Source: Candidatus Omnitrophota bacterium (lineage in GTDB: Bacteria; Omnitrophota; Gorgyraeia; 1-14-0-20-64-10). From it: DNA of 40,607 nt. The position numbers and the translations under genes are program-made. The stretch covers positions 1 to 40,607 of the forward strand of contig JACPXR010000043.1 in NCBI GenBank assembly GCA_016196465.1, written 5' to 3'. Within the stretch, counting starts at the first letter, position 1. Each line of letters starts with the position of its first letter. Below the pieces are notes generated by a model. The model was not told the origin of the DNA, ran no database searches, and worked only from the letters and a program-made list of their open reading frames with translations. Shown here one piece after another: positions 18,842-30,738 of this stretch.

Positions 18842-18889
18842 GAACCTCCTGGAACAAACGATTGAAGATTCGTTTTAAGAAGGAGGTTC
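18842..18889 (+). promoter_or_regulatory. Shine-Dalgarno-sequestering helix (putative riboswitch expression platform)
   Basis: GAACCUCC (18842-18849) is perfectly complementary to GGAGGUUC (18882-18889), which contains the nrdA SD. The nrdA ATG is at 18891. An inner hairpin AAACGA/UCGUUU lies between the two strands. Confidence 0.5.
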
Positions 18890-18890
18890 C

Positions 18891-22000
<3,110 letters not shown>

Positions 22001-22004
<4 letters not shown>

Positions 22005-23059
22005 AAGGAGAACCCAACAGGATGGACATCATCCCGATGACTACTCGGCGGTTCCGGGCGGAAGACAAGAGGATCATCAACAACAAGTCGGTCGACGTCA
22101 ACCAGCTGGTGCCGATCAGGTACCAGTGGGCTTGGGAGTATTACCTCAAGGCCTGCGCCAACCACTGGATGCCGCAGGAGATCTCGATGCAGAGGGACGT
22201 CGAGCAGTGGAAGGCCGCCGGCGGCTTCACCGAGGATGAGCGCCGCGTGATCAAGCGCAACCTCGGCTTCTTCTCGACCGCCGACACGCTGGTCGCCAAC
22301 AACATCCTCGCGATCTACAAGTACGTGACCGCGCCCGAATGCCGGCAGTACCTGCTCCGGCAGGCGTTCGAGGAGGCGATCCACGCGCACGCCTACCAGT
22401 ACATCCCCGAATCCCTCGGGATGGACGAGGGGGAGATCTTCAACATGTACCGGGAGATCCCCTCGATCCACGACAAGGACGAGTTTGAGGCGCGGCTGAC
22501 CGCTGACCTGATGAGCCCCGACTTCGAGACCGAGTCGTTCGAGGGCCGCCAGCGCCTGCTGGGCAACTTGGTCGGCTACTACGGCATCATGGAGGGGATC
22601 TTCTTCTACACCGCGTTTGTGATGCTCCTCTCGTTCGGGCGGCAGAACCGGATGCCAGGCACCTGCGAGCAGCTCCAGTACATCCTCCGGGACGAAAGCA
22701 TGCACCTGAACTTTGGGCTCGACCTGATCAATGCCGTGAAGGAGGAGAACCCCGAGCTGTGGACGGCCGGGTTCCAGCAGTCGATGGCCGAGCGTTTCAA
22801 GCAGGGGGTGGTGCTCGAATGCCGCTACGGCGAGGACTGCCTGCCCAACGGGCTGATGGGCCTGACGCACGAGCTCTTGCGCGAATACGTCCAGCACATC
22901 GCCGATCGGAGAATGGAGAAGATCGGTCTTCCGAAGCTCTACGGCTCATCCAATCCTTTCCCCTGGATGAGCGAGGTGGTGGACCTGCGCAAGGAGAAAA
23001 ACTTTTTTGAAACGAGAGTGACCGAGTATCAGACCGGAGGAACTCTTTCTTGGGATTAA
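22001..23059 (+). CDS. nrdB: Class Ia ribonucleoside-diphosphate reductase beta subunit
   Basis: Di-iron motifs [12 protein letters not shown] (Tyr retained at the radical position) and RDESMHLNF are present. ATG 22001 overlaps the nrdA stop (ATGA). An alternative ATG lies at 22022. Confidence 0.9.
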
Positions 23060-25023
23060 CCGTTCGCCTGGTCGTGTTGAGTCTCCTGCTGACCCCCTGC
23101 GCGTGGGCACAGGGCGAGGAGTCTGGGGAGGAAGAACCGGTTTTTCTGGGGGATCTCCTCGTCACCCCGAAGCGAGTTCCGGGGCTGGCCGTGTCGGAAT
23201 CCCGTTATCCTGGGAACGCCACGGTGATTTCGGAATCGGAGATTTCTGCCTCGGGCCAGAGGACAATGACAGAGCTTTTAAACCGCCTGGAAGGGGTTCA
23301 GATGATCGACTCGCGGGGATTTGGAATGGGAGCCGACTCAGGTCTGAACCTCCGGGGATTTGTGAACAGCTCCCGCACCAATGCCCTCGTCCTGGTTGAC
23401 GGCGTCCGTCAGAATCGGATCACTGGGGATGAAGTTCACTGGCAGGCGATTCCGGTGGAGCAGGTGGAGCGGATCGAGGTGATCCGAGGGGGGGCAGGGA
23501 CGATCTACGGGGAAGGGGCCTTCAGCGGTGTGGTCAACGTCATCACGAAGAAGGGTGGAGTCAAGCCCCTTCAGGTGGAGGGTTCCGCCGAGGTCGGCAG
23601 CTACAGCCACCTTCGCGCAACTTCCGTGGTCCGGGGGGCCCAGAAGCGGTTTTCCTATTCCTTGGGGACCACCCGCCAGGAGGAGGGGGGCTATCGGGAT
23701 CGGGTTCTCTCCCGCGGGACGACGGTGAATCTCTTCACCGGTTTTGCGGTGAGTCCCCGCACGCAGCTCGATCTTCACTTGAGCAACCATCAGGATACGA
23801 CGAACTTTGCAGGGGGAATCACCCGGGCCCAGGTGGAGCAGGATCGTAAGAGGGCAGGTTCTTTTCCAGGCCTCTTTGATGAGCACATCGACCGGGTTTC
23901 TTTGGAGCTGACCCATGGTGCGGGAAGCGGTTGGACCGGCGTGGGGAATCTCTTTTGGAGCCGATGGGAAAGCGATTCCCTGACCACCAACCGGTTTGCC
24001 ACGATTGCCTCCACCAAGGGAGTGGGCCTTCGGGCCAGCCACGAAGCGGCTGGAAGAATCTGGAAGGCGACGAGCGTTTTTGGAGTGGACGCGGCGGATG
24101 ACAAGGCGACCACCGGCAACCGGACCGCGGCCAAGTCGGAATCCAACCGGGTGGCGGCTGGGCTTTTCATCGAGGAAACGCTGGATCTTTTTGACCGGCT
24201 GGGGGTGACCGCTGGTTTTCGCTACGACAAGAGCCGGTACGAGGAGGATCTGACCTTCCCCGCCTTCGCCGGGACCTTGAGATTCTCCGGCAGCAGCCCC
24301 AAGGGGGGCCTCACCTATCAGGTGTCGGATCGGATGAGTCTTTTCGCAAGCGTCGCCCGGTCCTTCAAGGCCCCCAACATCGACGATCTGGACGCGGTCT
24401 TGCCTCCTTTTAACGACGCCACCGATCTTCAGCCCCAGGAGGCGAATCATCTGGAGGCGGGATTTCGATGGAACCCTGTCCGCTGGGCGAGGATAAAACT
24501 GGCCGGATTTGGAGTCCACACCAAGGACGAGATCCTCTTCAACCCGTTCACTTCCGCCAACGCCAATTTCACCACCCGGCGGGCGGGCCTTGAGCTGGGC
24601 CTGGAGGGGGATCTTCCCTGGAGGGGGATCACGACCTATGGGACCTACTCCCTGCTGAAGGCGACCTTCCACAAGGGGGCTTTCACCGGATACGAGATTC
24701 CGGCCACACCGCGCCATAAGGTCACCTGCGGTTTGCATCTGCCGCTGACCCGAGGGCTCTCGGCGGATCTCGACACCCTCTGGGTGGGAAAGCAGTGGAG
24801 GATCAACGACTTCAACAACCAGCTTCCGGCGGACATTTATGGGGTGGTGAACCTTGCTCTGAACTTCCAGCTTCCCCGCAGGGCCAAGGCCTATTTCAAA
24901 CTGCTCAACCTCCTGGACGAGGAGTACGAAACCTTTCCCTCCTCCAACGGAACGGTGGTGAGCACCGGGGAGAACCCGGCCCCCCCCAGGACCTTCGCGG
25001 CGGGGGTCTCGTGGGATTTCTAG
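23050..25023 (+). CDS. TonB-dependent outer-membrane receptor (possible BtuB-type)
   Basis: The signal peptide ends ...CAWA/QG and is followed by a TonB-box-like DLLVTP. Plug motifs are present ([23 protein letters not shown]). The C-terminus ends in the aromatic residue ...GVSWDF. The TTG start overlaps the nrdB end by 10 nt. Confidence 0.88.
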   Translation: MGLTVRLVVLSLLLTPCAWAQGEESGEEEPVFLGDLLVTPKRVPGLAVSESRYPGNATVISESEISASGQRTMTELLNRLEGVQMIDSRGFGMGADSGLNLRGFVNSSRTNALVLVDGVRQNRITGDEVHWQAIPVEQVERIEVIRGGAGTIYGEGAFSGVVNVITKKGGVKPLQVEGSAEVGSYSHLRATSVVRGAQKRFSYSLGTTRQEEGGYRDRVLSRGTTVNLFTGFAVSPRTQLDLHLSNHQDTTNFAGGITRAQVEQDRKRAGSFPGLFDEHIDRVSLELTHGAGSGWTGVGNLFWSRWESDSLTTNRFATIASTKGVGLRASHEAAGRIWKATSVFGVDAADDKATTGNRTAAKSESNRVAAGLFIEETLDLFDRLGVTAGFRYDKSRYEEDLTFPAFAGTLRFSGSSPKGGLTYQVSDRMSLFASVARSFKAPNIDDLDAVLPPFNDATDLQPQEANHLEAGFRWNPVRWARIKLAGFGVHTKDEILFNPFTSANANFTTRRAGLELGLEGDLPWRGITTYGTYSLLKATFHKGAFTGYEIPATPRHKVTCGLHLPLTRGLSADLDTLWVGKQWRINDFNNQLPADIYGVVNLALNFQLPRRAKAYFKLLNLLDEEYETFPSSNGTVVSTGENPAPPRTFAAGVSWDF

Positions 25024-25024
25024 C

Positions 25025-25558
25025 ATGATTCTCCACTGGGCCGTTGCTCCGGGTTTCATCCTCCTGTCGGTGTTGATCCGCCTCCTGCCCTATCCCTGGC
25101 ATTTCACCCCCATTGTTGGAATGGGTCTCTTCGCCGGAGCGCATCTGCCTCAACGCTGGGCGATCGCCACGCCGGTGTTGGCGATGGCGGCGGGGGATCT
25201 CCTCCTCGGGTGGCTTCCTGTCCATCTTTTCGGCTGGATCGCGGTGGCGGGAAGCGGGTGTCTGGGCTTTCTCCTCCGGAGGAAGAGAAGCCCCCTGCGG
25301 ATGGCTGCGGCCTCAGTGGCCAGTTCCACCTTGTTTTATCTTCTCTCCAACTTTGGGGTCTGGCTGCTGGGTTGCGTTCCCGGCTGGTATCCAGCCACTC
25401 CCCAGGGGCTTGCCGCCTGCATGGCCGCCGGGATTCCCTTTTACCGGAACGGCCTTTTGGGGGATCTCCTCTACACGGGGCTCCTCTTCGGCAGTTACGA
25501 ACTTTTCTTGAGATGGATCACCCGGCGCTCTCCGGCGGCCGCAGGCGCTTTCAAATAG
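25025..25558 (+). CDS. Small polytopic membrane protein; from memory resembles the DUF6580 putative transport protein family
   Basis: The 177-aa protein has about 5-6 hydrophobic helices. Remembered family-like blocks are LLPYPWHFTPIVGMGLFAG and LLSNFGVWLLG...WYPATPQGLAACMAAGIPFYRNGLLGDLLY. It starts 1 nt after the receptor stop. Confidence 0.6.
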   Translation: MILHWAVAPGFILLSVLIRLLPYPWHFTPIVGMGLFAGAHLPQRWAIATPVLAMAAGDLLLGWLPVHLFGWIAVAGSGCLGFLLRRKRSPLRMAAASVASSTLFYLLSNFGVWLLGCVPGWYPATPQGLAACMAAGIPFYRNGLLGDLLYTGLLFGSYELFLRWITRRSPAAAGAFK

Positions 25559-26049
25559 CGCTGGCCCTCTCCCTCTTCCTGCATGGGGCAGGGGGTCTCA
25601 CGGGGAGTTTTCGAGGAATCTTCCTGCCGGAAGCAAAGAAGCCGCGTCCTCCTGTCGTCGCCACCCAGTTTGTCTACCTCGAAGAGACCGGCCAGAGATT
25701 TCAGCGTGGGGCGACGCCGGGGGACCCGGGGCCACCGACTCTCTTGGAACAGAATTCCAAGGCCTTCCAGCCGTATCTGGACCAGCTCCGGGGGAAGCTT
25801 CAGCAGACGATCCGGTACTTACCGGGCGAACCCTCTGCGGAGGTGTGGGTCCATTTCGTACTGGGCCGGGACGGAAATCTCCTGAAGACGCAACTGCTCC
25901 CCCGAGGAGCTGAGCCCTCCCTGTTTCTGAAGGAAGAGGTGCTCCGAGGGTTCCAGGCCGCCTCTCCATTTCCGCCGCTCCCCTCTGCCTGGTCAAGGCA
26001 GAGGGCTTCTTTCACCCTCCGGGTCCTCTTCCGGGAAGGGGAGGGTTAA
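25513..26049 (+). CDS. TonB-family protein (short, no long Pro-rich spacer)
   Basis: ATG 25513 gives MDHPALSGGRRRFQIALALSLFLHG..., an N-terminal anchor with the S..LH motif. The C-terminal domain is TonB-like (VWVHFVLGRDGNLL...PFPPLP). The 279-aa ORF from 25210 is an artefactual extension. Confidence 0.65.
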   Translation: MDHPALSGGRRRFQIALALSLFLHGAGGLTGSFRGIFLPEAKKPRPPVVATQFVYLEETGQRFQRGATPGDPGPPTLLEQNSKAFQPYLDQLRGKLQQTIRYLPGEPSAEVWVHFVLGRDGNLLKTQLLPRGAEPSLFLKEEVLRGFQAASPFPPLPSAWSRQRASFTLRVLFREGEG

Positions 26050-26057
26050 GATTCTTC

Positions 26058-26699
26058 ATGGGAATCCGGTCGGCCGTCCTCTTCTCCGTCGGAATCCATG
26101 GGGTGCTGCTCTTGGCGCGCCCTCCGGAGGGGTTTCTGCCTCCCCGGGGGGCCCTGGAGACGATCGAAATCAGCTACCTGACCCTCCGCGAACCAGCGGG
26201 CTCTCGGCAGCCCAAAGAACCGGCCGCCCCCCGCGGGCTTCCCAAACCGGTCCCTCCGGCCGCCCCCCGGAGCCCTTCCAAACCGGTCCCCCCGGACCCG
26301 GTCCCTCCGGAACCGCCCCTGAAGCCGGTGGTTCCCGCTCTTCCCGCGCCGGCGGAGCCCCCTCTGATGAAGAATCTCCCCGGAAGCAGTGCTCTGAATC
26401 TCTCCGATCAAAAGTTCGCCTCCCTCCAGCACAAGGAGCAGGTCCGGAGCCATTTGAAGCGGCACCTGCGGTATCCGGATCCGCCTCTTCAGGGGAGGGT
26501 CCGGATACGGCTTCTTCTAAACCGGGAGGGGGGCTTGAAAGAGCTCTCCATTTTGGAGGCGACCGACCCCCGTCTGGCCGAATCGGCTTTTCAGGGGGCG
26601 AAGGGCTCTCAGCCTTATCCCCGTTTTCCCGCTCCCCTCAAGGGTCCCCAGGTCCGGTACGATTTCCTGGTCCGTTACGAGCCGGAGTTGACGGACTGA
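26058..26699 (+). CDS. tonB: Energy transducer TonB
   Basis: The N-terminal anchor is AVLFSVGIHGVLLLA. A long Pro-rich spacer follows (PKPVPPAAPRSPSKPVPPDPVPPEPPLKP). The C-terminal TonB domain is present (YPDPPLQGRVRIRLLLNREGGL...). Confidence 0.85.
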   Translation: MGIRSAVLFSVGIHGVLLLARPPEGFLPPRGALETIEISYLTLREPAGSRQPKEPAAPRGLPKPVPPAAPRSPSKPVPPDPVPPEPPLKPVVPALPAPAEPPLMKNLPGSSALNLSDQKFASLQHKEQVRSHLKRHLRYPDPPLQGRVRIRLLLNREGGLKELSILEATDPRLAESAFQGAKGSQPYPRFPAPLKGPQVRYDFLVRYEPELTD

Positions 26700-26716
26700 T
26701 TTCCGTGAGGTATCAT
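26688..26716 (+). promoter_or_regulatory. Candidate sigma70-type promoter upstream of rpsU
   Basis: TTGACG (26688-26693), a 17-nt spacer, then TATCAT (26711-26716), 28 nt before the rpsU ATG. Confidence 0.35.
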
Positions 26717-26744
26717 AAATCAAATGAAGGAATTCACCTGATCG

Positions 26745-26915
26745 ATGCCAGTCGTTGAGGTCCGGGAAAATGAGCCCCTGGAAAAGGCGCTCAGGCGCCT
26801 GAAGAAAAAGGTCGAACGAGAGGGAATCCTCAAAGTCGTCCGGGCGCGCAAGCATTACGAAAAGCCATCCGTGGTCCGGCGGCGAAAGCTCCGAGAAGGC
26901 CGCAGACGATTTTAG
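26745..26915 (+). CDS. rpsU: 30S ribosomal protein bS21
   Basis: The 56-aa [59 protein letters not shown] is the typical S21 sequence. It falls below the ORF-track length cut-off. Confidence 0.9.
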   Translation: MPVVEVRENEPLEKALRRLKKKVEREGILKVVRARKHYEKPSVVRRRKLREGRRRF

Positions 26916-26953
26916 TTGCACTCCTCCTGCTCCTCCTGACCGGTTGTCGGAGT

Positions 26954-29590
26954 ATGATGCCTTTGATGCCTGCTCAACCCGTGCCGCCTCCTCAGGTTCT
27001 TCCTCCTCCTCCTTTTCTCACCCGGCGGGTTCTGCCCAACGGCCTCGTTCTCTTGATTGAAGAGGATCATTCCCAGCCCCTGGCGGCCTTCCAGGCGGTG
27101 GTTCAAACCGGCTCCGCCACGGAAGGACCCTTGACCGGAAGCGGCGTCTCTCATGTGGTGGAGCACATGCTCTTTAAGGGGACGAAGCGTCGGGCGGTCG
27201 GAGAGCTGGAGCGGGAGGCCCGGCGCTACGGAGGGACCACCCAGGGCTTCACCACGTACGACACGACGAGCTACCAGGTGGTGGTCAACCGGGAGTTCTG
27301 GTCTGAAGCGGCCGATCTTCTGCAGGACGCCCTCTTTTCCCCTTCCATGGATCCCGGGGAATTTTCCAAGGAGCGGGAGGTGGTGCTGAGGGAGCTGAAG
27401 TTGAGGCGGGACGATCCGGATCAGATCACTTGGGATCTTTTGTTTGAGAATGCCTACCGGGTCCACCCCTACGGCGTTCCGATCATCGGCCGCGAGCCCC
27501 TCTTGAGGCAACTCACCCGGGAGGAGGTGTTTGAATATCACAAGCGCCAGTACCTGCCCAACCGGACGGTGATCGCCGCGGTCGGCGATTTTCAGGCTGA
27601 GGAGGTGACCCGGAGGATCGAGGAGCTCTTCTCGGGCCTACCCCCCGGGACGGTTTCTCCGGCGGCCCTGCCGGTTGAGCCGGAGCCGGTGGCCCGGCGG
27701 GAGGTTCTGGAGGAGGCGCCGGTGATGCTTGCGATCGCCGCCATTGGTTTTCCGGGAGTTTCGATCAACGATTCGGATCTTTTCGCCCTGGATCTCTTGG
27801 CGGAGCTTCTGGGCGGGGGGAGGGGTTCCCGCCTCGAGAGTCGGCTCAAGGAGACCGGCATCATCCATCAGGTCGGTTGCTGGGACTACACACCCAGGGA
27901 GCGAGGTCTCTTCGTGGTGTCGATGCGAATGGACCCGGTGAGAATTCACGAGGCCGTGGAAACCGCTTTTGAGGAACTGATCCAGGCGGCAGCCAAGCCG
28001 TTCGAGGAAGAGAAACTCCAGGAGGCGAAGCGGGTCCTTCTTCGCCAGTACCTGAACGGCCGTCAGTCCGTTTCCGCCCGGGCGGGAGACTTCTGCCTCA
28101 ACGAGGCCCTGACCGGGGATCCCCTCTTCAGCCAGCGCTACCTGGAAGAGATCCAGAAGCTGACCTCCGAAGAGGTGAGGAAGGCCGCCCAGAAATACCT
28201 CAACCCTCGGCGCTCGACGGTCGTGAAGGTCTTCCCGAGGGGAGAGCTTCCTTCGAGGACTGAGGGGGCCTCCGCCGACCCGCAGGTGAAGGAGGAAAAG
28301 GTGGTTCTTGAAAACGGACTTCGGCTGATCCTCCGGGAGGATCCCCGGCTGCCCCTGGTGACCTTTCAAATCTCTCTGAAAGGGGGAGTCCGCCACGAGA
28401 CTCCCAAGACGAACGGCCTCTCACAGCTTGCCTCGAGGATGCTTCTTCGGGGGACCCGCCGATGGGGGGCCGAGGAGCTCACCGACCGGATCCAGGCCCT
28501 AGGGGCCCAGGTCGACTCTTTCAGCGGCCGCAACTCCTTTGGGATCACCCTGGAGGTGGTCCGGTCAGAGGCCTCTTCGGCGGCGGGGCTTCTGGCTGAA
28601 ATCATCCTCGGCTCAGCCTTCCGGGCCGAGGAGCTGGAGAAGGAGCGGAGGATCTGCCTGGCCGAGTGGAAGGCCAAGGAGGAGAATCCTTTCTCCTGGG
28701 GGATGCGGCGGCTGATGAGCACCCTCTTTTCCGTTCATCCTTACCGGTTCGACCCGGCGGGGGATCCGAAGGTGTTGAGCCGATTAGGACGGGAGGATCT
28801 GATCCGCTTTCATTCGCAAGCCTGCGATCCGCAGGCCATGGTGGTGACGGTGGTCGGAGATTTCAAGCGGGAGGAGCTCCTCCCGCTTTTGCAGAATTCC
28901 TTCGGGAGGATTTCCCCCTCGAAGGGGTCCACCCCCTCCATCCCGGCAGAGCCGGTCCTCACCGCCTTGAGGGAGCGTCTGGAGCCCGCCCCCCGGCAGG
29001 AGGGGCTCTGCCTGATCGGATTTCCCGGCCTGAGGCTGACCGACCCCAGAAGCATCACCCTGGATCTGATCGAGGCGATTCTCTCCGGAGGGGCCGGCCG
29101 GCTTTTTGGAGAGATCCGGGAGCGCAGAGGCCTGGCCTACACCGTGGGGGCCTTTTCGATTCACGGGGTGGATCCCGGCGCGTTCGTCCTCTACGCCCTC
29201 ACCGAGCCCTCGCAGATTCCCGCGGTCCGCCTGGCCCTTCTGGAGGAGGTCCGCCGGATCTCTGAGACCCCTGTCCCTGAGGAGGAGCTGCGCCAGGCCA
29301 AGCAGGGTCTCCTCGGAAACCGCCGGATCGGGCTCCAGTCTCAGAGCGCTCGTGCGGCCCAGATGAGCTCCGATGAGCTGTTGGGACGGGGCTGGGACTT
29401 CTCGCGGGAGTACGAACGCCTCGTGGAGGCGGTCCGGCCGGAGGAAATCCAGGCGCTGGCCAAGTCCCTCCTGGATCCGAAGCGGTGCGCGGTCCTCGTG
29501 GCTCAACCCGCCGAGAAAAAGGGGGAAACGAAGCCTGTCCCCGGTGAGACAATAGGGGAACGGGATCCCTTGGCGGCGGCCGCCCCCTAG
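26954..29590 (+). CDS. Fused two-repeat M16 (pitrilysin/insulinase) zinc peptidase
   Basis: The HxxEH zinc site is present (SHVVEHMLFKGT). A second, non-catalytic M16 repeat begins near LENGLRLILREDPRLPLV. The true start may lie upstream (see finding on 26909-26956). Confidence 0.85.
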   Translation: MMPLMPAQPVPPPQVLPPPPFLTRRVLPNGLVLLIEEDHSQPLAAFQAVVQTGSATEGPLTGSGVSHVVEHMLFKGTKRRAVGELEREARRYGGTTQGFTTYDTTSYQVVVNREFWSEAADLLQDALFSPSMDPGEFSKEREVVLRELKLRRDDPDQITWDLLFENAYRVHPYGVPIIGREPLLRQLTREEVFEYHKRQYLPNRTVIAAVGDFQAEEVTRRIEELFSGLPPGTVSPAALPVEPEPVARREVLEEAPVMLAIAAIGFPGVSINDSDLFALDLLAELLGGGRGSRLESRLKETGIIHQVGCWDYTPRERGLFVVSMRMDPVRIHEAVETAFEELIQAAAKPFEEEKLQEAKRVLLRQYLNGRQSVSARAGDFCLNEALTGDPLFSQRYLEEIQKLTSEEVRKAAQKYLNPRRSTVVKVFPRGELPSRTEGASADPQVKEEKVVLENGLRLILREDPRLPLVTFQISLKGGVRHETPKTNGLSQLASRMLLRGTRRWGAEELTDRIQALGAQVDSFSGRNSFGITLEVVRSEASSAAGLLAEIILGSAFRAEELEKERRICLAEWKAKEENPFSWGMRRLMSTLFSVHPYRFDPAGDPKVLSRLGREDLIRFHSQACDPQAMVVTVVGDFKREELLPLLQNSFGRISPSKGSTPSIPAEPVLTALRERLEPAPRQEGLCLIGFPGLRLTDPRSITLDLIEAILSGGAGRLFGEIRERRGLAYTVGAFSIHGVDPGAFVLYALTEPSQIPAVRLALLEEVRRISETPVPEEELRQAKQGLLGNRRIGLQSQSARAAQMSSDELLGRGWDFSREYERLVEAVRPEEIQALAKSLLDPKRCAVLVAQPAEKKGETKPVPGETIGERDPLAAAAP

Positions 29591-29596
29591 GGCGCG

Positions 29597-30403
29597 GTGG
29601 ACAGGATCCCGGCGGGGGCGGGGATCTTTTACCCGGAAGAGCCGCGCGCCCTCTCGGAGCTGATTGAAGGGTGGATGAATCCCCGTTTGAAGAAGGAGCC
29701 GCTCATCGCGGCCCTCATCCCCCATGGGGGGGATTCGGTCTGCGGGAGGATCGCCGGTCAGATTTACTCGAGACTTCAGGGGTTTGAAGCGGTGGTCATC
29801 CTGGGGGCGAAGCACACCCAGAGGGGCGCTCCTTTCGCGGTGGTGAGCTGCGGCGCCTGGGAGACTCCCCTGGGAAAGCTCAAGGTCCACGAGCCGCTGG
29901 CCAGGGCGATTCTCGAGGAGGCGGATCCCATCCTTGTGGAGGATCCTTCAGCCCACGAGGATGAGCATTCGGTGGAATGGCAGCTCCTCTTCGTCCGCAG
30001 ACTTAAGAAGCGTTGTCAGTTCGTTCCGGTCGTTCTGGGGGAAGGGGGCTTTCCTGACGTCGAGCGTCTGGGGCTGGGCTTAAGCCGGGCGGTTCGGAGA
30101 ATCGGAGCGAAGACCTTGCTGGTCGCCTCCTCCAACCTCTCTCGGTACGAACCGCCGGGCAAGGCGGCGCGGGATGACCGCTGGGCCCTCGACCGGATCG
30201 AAGCGTTGGATCCGGAGGGGCTGCTGGAGGAGGTCCAGGCCCGTTCGGTCTCGATGTGCGGTGTGGCCGCGGTCGCTGGAACGTTGGTGGCGGCCCGGGC
30301 CCTCGGGGCGCGCCGGGCAAGCCGGGTGGGCTATGAGGGGGTTTCTCCCATTCAGGAAGGAGGAGGGGGTGTGGTAGGATACGCGGGAGTCGTTTTCCAA
30401 TGA
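29597..30403 (+). CDS. MEMO1-family / AmmeMemoRadiSam system protein B-like
   Basis: A GTG start gives (M)DRIPAGAGIFYPEEP... Further matches are IPHGGDSVCG, EHSVEWQL and CGVAAVAG, all typical Memo-like blocks. Confidence 0.75.
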   Translation: MDRIPAGAGIFYPEEPRALSELIEGWMNPRLKKEPLIAALIPHGGDSVCGRIAGQIYSRLQGFEAVVILGAKHTQRGAPFAVVSCGAWETPLGKLKVHEPLARAILEEADPILVEDPSAHEDEHSVEWQLLFVRRLKKRCQFVPVVLGEGGFPDVERLGLGLSRAVRRIGAKTLLVASSNLSRYEPPGKAARDDRWALDRIEALDPEGLLEEVQARSVSMCGVAAVAGTLVAARALGARRASRVGYEGVSPIQEGGGGVVGYAGVVFQ

Positions 30404-30738
30404 GCGATAAGAGAGTCGACGAGAGCTGGAAGGCCCGGGTCGAGAAAGAGCGCCAGGGTCCGGAGAGACCCTCCCCGGCGACTCCTCCGGAAGAGGAGAA
30501 AGGGGGCTTCCCGCTTTTTCTCTCCTCCCTGTCGATGCAGGCCTTGGTGGCGCTGGGGGAGCTGCCGCATCCGGCGACCCGCGCCCCGCAGAAAGATCTC
30601 GAGCAGGCCCGCACTCTGATCGATGTCCTGGGGATGCTCCAAGAGAAGACCCGCGGAAATCTCACGGCGGAGGAAAGCCGCCTCTTGGAGGACCTCCTCT
30701 ATGAGCTTCGGATGAAGTACGTGGAGAAGACCAGATGA
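30400..30738 (+). CDS. DUF1844 domain protein
   Basis: FPLFLSSLSMQALVALGELPHP...LEQARTLIDVLGMLQEKTRGNLT matches the remembered DUF1844 pattern. ATGA overlaps occur at both ends. Confidence 0.7.
   Translation: MSDKRVDESWKARVEKERQGPERPSPATPPEEEKGGFPLFLSSLSMQALVALGELPHPATRAPQKDLEQARTLIDVLGMLQEKTRGNLTAEESRLLEDLLYELRMKYVEKTR

Noticed and set aside
23338-25059. 573-aa minus-strand ORF antisense to the TonB-dependent receptor
   Set aside because: Same reasoning: it has Pro/Gly/Arg-rich composition, and the plus-strand gene has a signal peptide, a plug and a C-terminal aromatic residue.
25210-25512. N-terminal extension of the 279-aa ORF (25210-26049)
   Set aside because: It lies out of frame across the well-behaved membrane-protein gene. 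The TonB-like anchor motif starts right after ATG 25513.
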